A stretch of 36,031 nt of DNA from Nemertoderma westbladi (taxonomy: Eukaryota > Animalia > Xenacoelomorpha): NCBI GenBank assembly GCA_032718475.1, contig JAUCBJ010005420.1, positions 1 through 36,031 on the forward strand, read 5' to 3'. The notes beneath the pieces are model-generated. The model did no database searches and was not told the origin of the DNA. It worked only from the letters and a program-made list of their open reading frames with translations. The translations under genes were made by a program, and so were the position numbers. Positions 32,829 to 36,031 of this stretch are shown here, one piece after another (the stretch's first letter is position 1; each line of letters starts with the position of its first letter).

Positions 32829-33911
32829 ATGTCTATGTACGACAGGCCACGGCAGCCTTCCAGAGAACTACACCGGATGGTACCTGAAGATGACAATGAT
32901 TCCACGCTCAGTGGACAATGGACGTGGTTCAAAGAAGTTATTTTAAAACGTTTAGTTTATGTTCTCAGCTTTTTATATTTTCTGCTTGGTGAAGGATTGA
33001 TCGGCTTGGCTAGTTATGTGTTAATAATAATAAATAAACACATTGCAAATGATGTTATTGATTTTTCTAGCTTCAGACATACGGACAAACTCATCATTGC
33101 TATTGGATCATTTATGGTAATCGGAAGTTTTGTATTGGGTTGCGGAGCAAAATATTCAAACCGGATCTACCATGTTTCATTCGCGGGTATTTTATTTGTT
33201 ACATTTATAATGCAAATTACAGTAATGGGGATAATTATGGAGGAAAAAAGCCCTATAAGCAAAATCAGCACACTTTACAATGAATCTATTCACAAAGCTT
33301 ACATTAACTGCAGCAAAGAGCAGTTGAAATCCCTGGATGTAATTAATAGTTACTTTGTGTGTTGTGGAGGTAATGGATATGCAGACTATGATGGTGTACA
33401 GGACAAGATTTTTAGTGGAGCTTGTAGTAAAGATCCATCGAACAACAGACAAATCACTGCTAGCGTTCAGTATACCACTACAACACCAGTTCCGACGACT
33501 ACACCAGTTCCGACCACTACACCAGTTCCTACCACTACAGAAGTTCCTAACAGTTCCCAAGTTCCTAACAGTACACAAAGTCAGACTGATTCACAAGTCA
33601 CCTCATCAACCCGAGATACTTCGAACAACGCCAAATCACTTCCAATTACTGCTCTGGGCTTCAGATTGCCAGGATCATGTTGCATGAATATCATCGAAAG
33701 GTCTGATTATGAGAATTGTATCCAGAGGTCTAGCGATTATTGGTCGGTGCCCAATCTAGGCGGAAAGATTACCGGCTGTGGTGAAGCAATCAGCGGATGG
33801 ATAGATAATCCTATATCAATCATTCAAAATTTTCTGATAGCCGTAATTGTTATAGAAGCAGTTGTGACTTTCACGGCAATCGGCCTTTGCTGGAAGATGC
33901 GTAGAAGATGA
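32829..33911 (+). CDS. Tetraspanin family protein with Thr/Pro/Ser-rich insert in the large extracellular loop, intronless CDS
   Basis: Three N-terminal hydrophobic helices with an LGCGA loop motif; large loop with CCG, PGSCC and GC motifs; fourth TM helix ending LCWKMRRR; first ATG at 32829 (the ORF track starts at TTG 32823); AATAAA at 34199. Confidence 0.9.
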   Translation: MSMYDRPRQPSRELHRMVPEDDNDSTLSGQWTWFKEVILKRLVYVLSFLYFLLGEGLIGLASYVLIIINKHIANDVIDFSSFRHTDKLIIAIGSFMVIGSFVLGCGAKYSNRIYHVSFAGILFVTFIMQITVMGIIMEEKSPISKISTLYNESIHKAYINCSKEQLKSLDVINSYFVCCGGNGYADYDGVQDKIFSGACSKDPSNNRQITASVQYTTTTPVPTTTPVPTTTPVPTTTEVPNSSQVPNSTQSQTDSQVTSSTRDTSNNAKSLPITALGFRLPGSCCMNIIERSDYENCIQRSSDYWSVPNLGGKITGCGEAISGWIDNPISIIQNFLIAVIVIEAVVTFTAIGLCWKMRRR

Positions 33912-35041
33912 ATTATCCGAAGACATGGCGACTGACATACAACATGGCACTGCTAGACTGAGCCACTCTGTAATGGCTGGGTACAAACTGTTTTGATATC
34001 CCAAAATTATGTTGTGCGCAATATAGTAACTCAGTATAACTTAACTAAATGTTATATATGGTACTGTATACTGTAGAAAAAGTAATATGTCCCAATAGTG
34101 TTGTAAAATTTCATATTTTGAACAGTTAGTTGCTTATTAAAAACAGGGACTTCTACACAGTAGAACATAGAGTTTATTTTTTATAGTATTTATGTTTGAA
34201 TAAATACTTTGTTCAAGAAGTCCTTGATTAAAATACACAGTAGACACCATCCAACAACATCATACCCCGATTTACATAATGTAAAGTGTGAATAAAACCC
34301 ACTTATTTCATTTATCTACACCAGTATACCATACATATACACCAGTCGCTCACCCCAATTTCTATAGAATGTTACACACAGGAGGCTTTAAGTTTCCGTA
34401 TTACTTTCTTCATCTGGATGGGACGAATTGCATGTTTTTCTTTCAACCTCTTGCGATAGTGGATTCATCCTGCTGTTCAGTTACATCGAACTGCAGGCCT
34501 TCGCGCAGCTCGAGGCTCCGTTAAACAAAGTATATTTTCCGAAATTTCAATTTGTAAATTTCGTAATGACACTAAATATGAAAATAGCTACTGTAGGTAA
34601 TCGCCCATCACGAGTTGGCAAGGGTTATCCAATATCCATCAAGATCGACGGAGTCTGCTTCCAGGTACGGTTAGGAGGAGCGCGGTTCGCACAACTCAGG
34701 GATCTGATCTTTCTCGGCATTCTGAGGAGCAGGCGCAGATCTAAATAATAATAAATGCAACAAAACACTCTTTTATTAATCTATAACATATACAATTAAA
34801 TAAAAAAGTAGAACATTAAACACACGGAAAACCTTACTGACAACAATAATTGTATTACATAAAATCTTTACGGTTGAGTCTATGTACAATTCAGTAACGT
34901 ATGTATAGGTTAGTAATAATGCGGTACGGTATTAGCAGGTGGGAATGGGTCGGTGTAACTCTATATTATCCCGATATTCTCGATGCGTGTATGACTCGGC
35001 CCAGATGATACCAAACAATTTCATATATGGATCTCACGTAT

Positions 35042-35403
35042 CACGTATCCAGGGGGGGGGGGGGGGGGGGTGGTGGCGTCTAACCCCTCCTTGAGGTTAG
35101 TAATAATAACTGCATTGCTACTGGTGCAATCGAACGAAGCGAAGTAGACATTTTTTTAACGCTTGTACCATAAGATAAAAATTGCAATGCAAAAAATAAA
35201 TGCTGAATCTCCCAGTAAGACAGTTGAAGGTTATCTCTTTTCAAAAAATGTATCGTATTCTCATGTAGAAACATTCTTGAATGAAATTTGTAGAAAATTT
35301 GGGGGGAGTCGGTACTGAATTACGACACTACAGTATATAAGGCACATTGTTTGAAATTCCAAAAGTTTGACCCTCCATAAGACAAATCCTGGCTACGCCC
35401 CTG
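35042..35403. mobile_element. Decayed hAT-type MITE
   Basis: Right terminus cctggctacgcccctg (35388-35403); degenerate left terminus cgtatccagg plus poly-G; a similar lone left end catgggagtatccgggg occurs at ~28556. Confidence 0.5.
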
Positions 35404-35784
35404 ATTTATCTTATTTGAATTCCCTCTCTTTTATGAAAGCTCTAGTTTGATTAATTTATTGGTTACCTGCGCAAAAATTTACCCACCCGAAAATCAATTC
35501 CATCTACTACGCGTAGCCTACACCTAACAGCCTAAGGGGAAAAGTCACACCCATCTGTGTTCTCGTTTGCAACATTTTCTCCAGCTGTTTTAGTCTTTCA
35601 GTTCTGTTTTTATTGTTGTACCGGTACCGCTCTACCGGTGCCGGTACTCTTACACCTGTCTTAAATCAAGCAATCAAATGTGAGGTGAAGTTGTTTGTTG
35701 TACTGTTGTAGGCCTATATCAGTATATCATATTTCTGTACCGGTATTTCATAATCCAGTAACAGCAGTATAACGGTAATTAATA

Positions 35785-36031
35785 TCAGAAATGGCATCTC
35801 AACCCAACCTTTTTGCTAATAGCATTTATGCTTTGTACAAGCAAATCCACACACCAACTATTGTTGAGCATTGTGTCTACTGCAGCTTTCTGAGTGGCGA
35901 CCGACGTTGCCTGGCATTGGCCGGTGGCAATCTCCTGCGCATCTTTCAGTTGAGCGACGACGCTATGTACGACCGCTCCTCCGGTAACCTTGACGACGTT
36001 TTCCATTCGGAGTCCGCCTCCCCCGTGAAGC
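35785..36031 (-). CDS. Possible 3' part of a coding region entering from the window edge
   Basis: Frame is open from the edge (LHGGGGLRMENVVKVTGG...) to the stop at 35785 and is GC-richer than its flank; no family recognised. Confidence 0.3.
   Translation of the reverse strand, partial: LHGGGGLRMENVVKVTGGAVVHSVVAQLKDAQEIATGQCQATSVATQKAAVDTMLNNSWCVDLLVQSINAISKKVGLRCHF

Overview
AT-rich, repeat-dense window from an invertebrate animal (metazoan) nuclear genome; it is not prokaryotic and I found no CRISPR, rRNA or intact tRNA. Two host genes are recognisable, both with an uninterrupted (intronless) CDS: an F-BAR/HR1/SH3 protein of the FNBP1/TOCA-1/CIP4 family (17747-19495, -) and a tetraspanin with a long mucin-like insert in its large extracellular loop (32829-33911, +). 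Two further single-ORF orphan genes are likely: 7583-8116 (four tandem basophilic-kinase motifs) and 10087-10956. Most of the rest is transposon debris: hAT, Merlin-like and Tc1/mariner-like non-autonomous elements, several fold-back MITEs, three LINE fragments (L2, CR1-group, probable RTE with a 69-bp duplication), tRNA-derived SINEs and tandem repeats. Several insertions can be verified inside the window because a paralogous empty site is present, including a three-level nest (L2 inside Merlin inside an LTR-like repeat). I see no clear new multi-gene system. The best leads are the intronless state of all genes, the contrast between a CpG-rich gene body and CpG-depleted old repeats, the mucin-tetraspanin and the orphan proteins. 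Family names come from motif recognition only; no database search was run.
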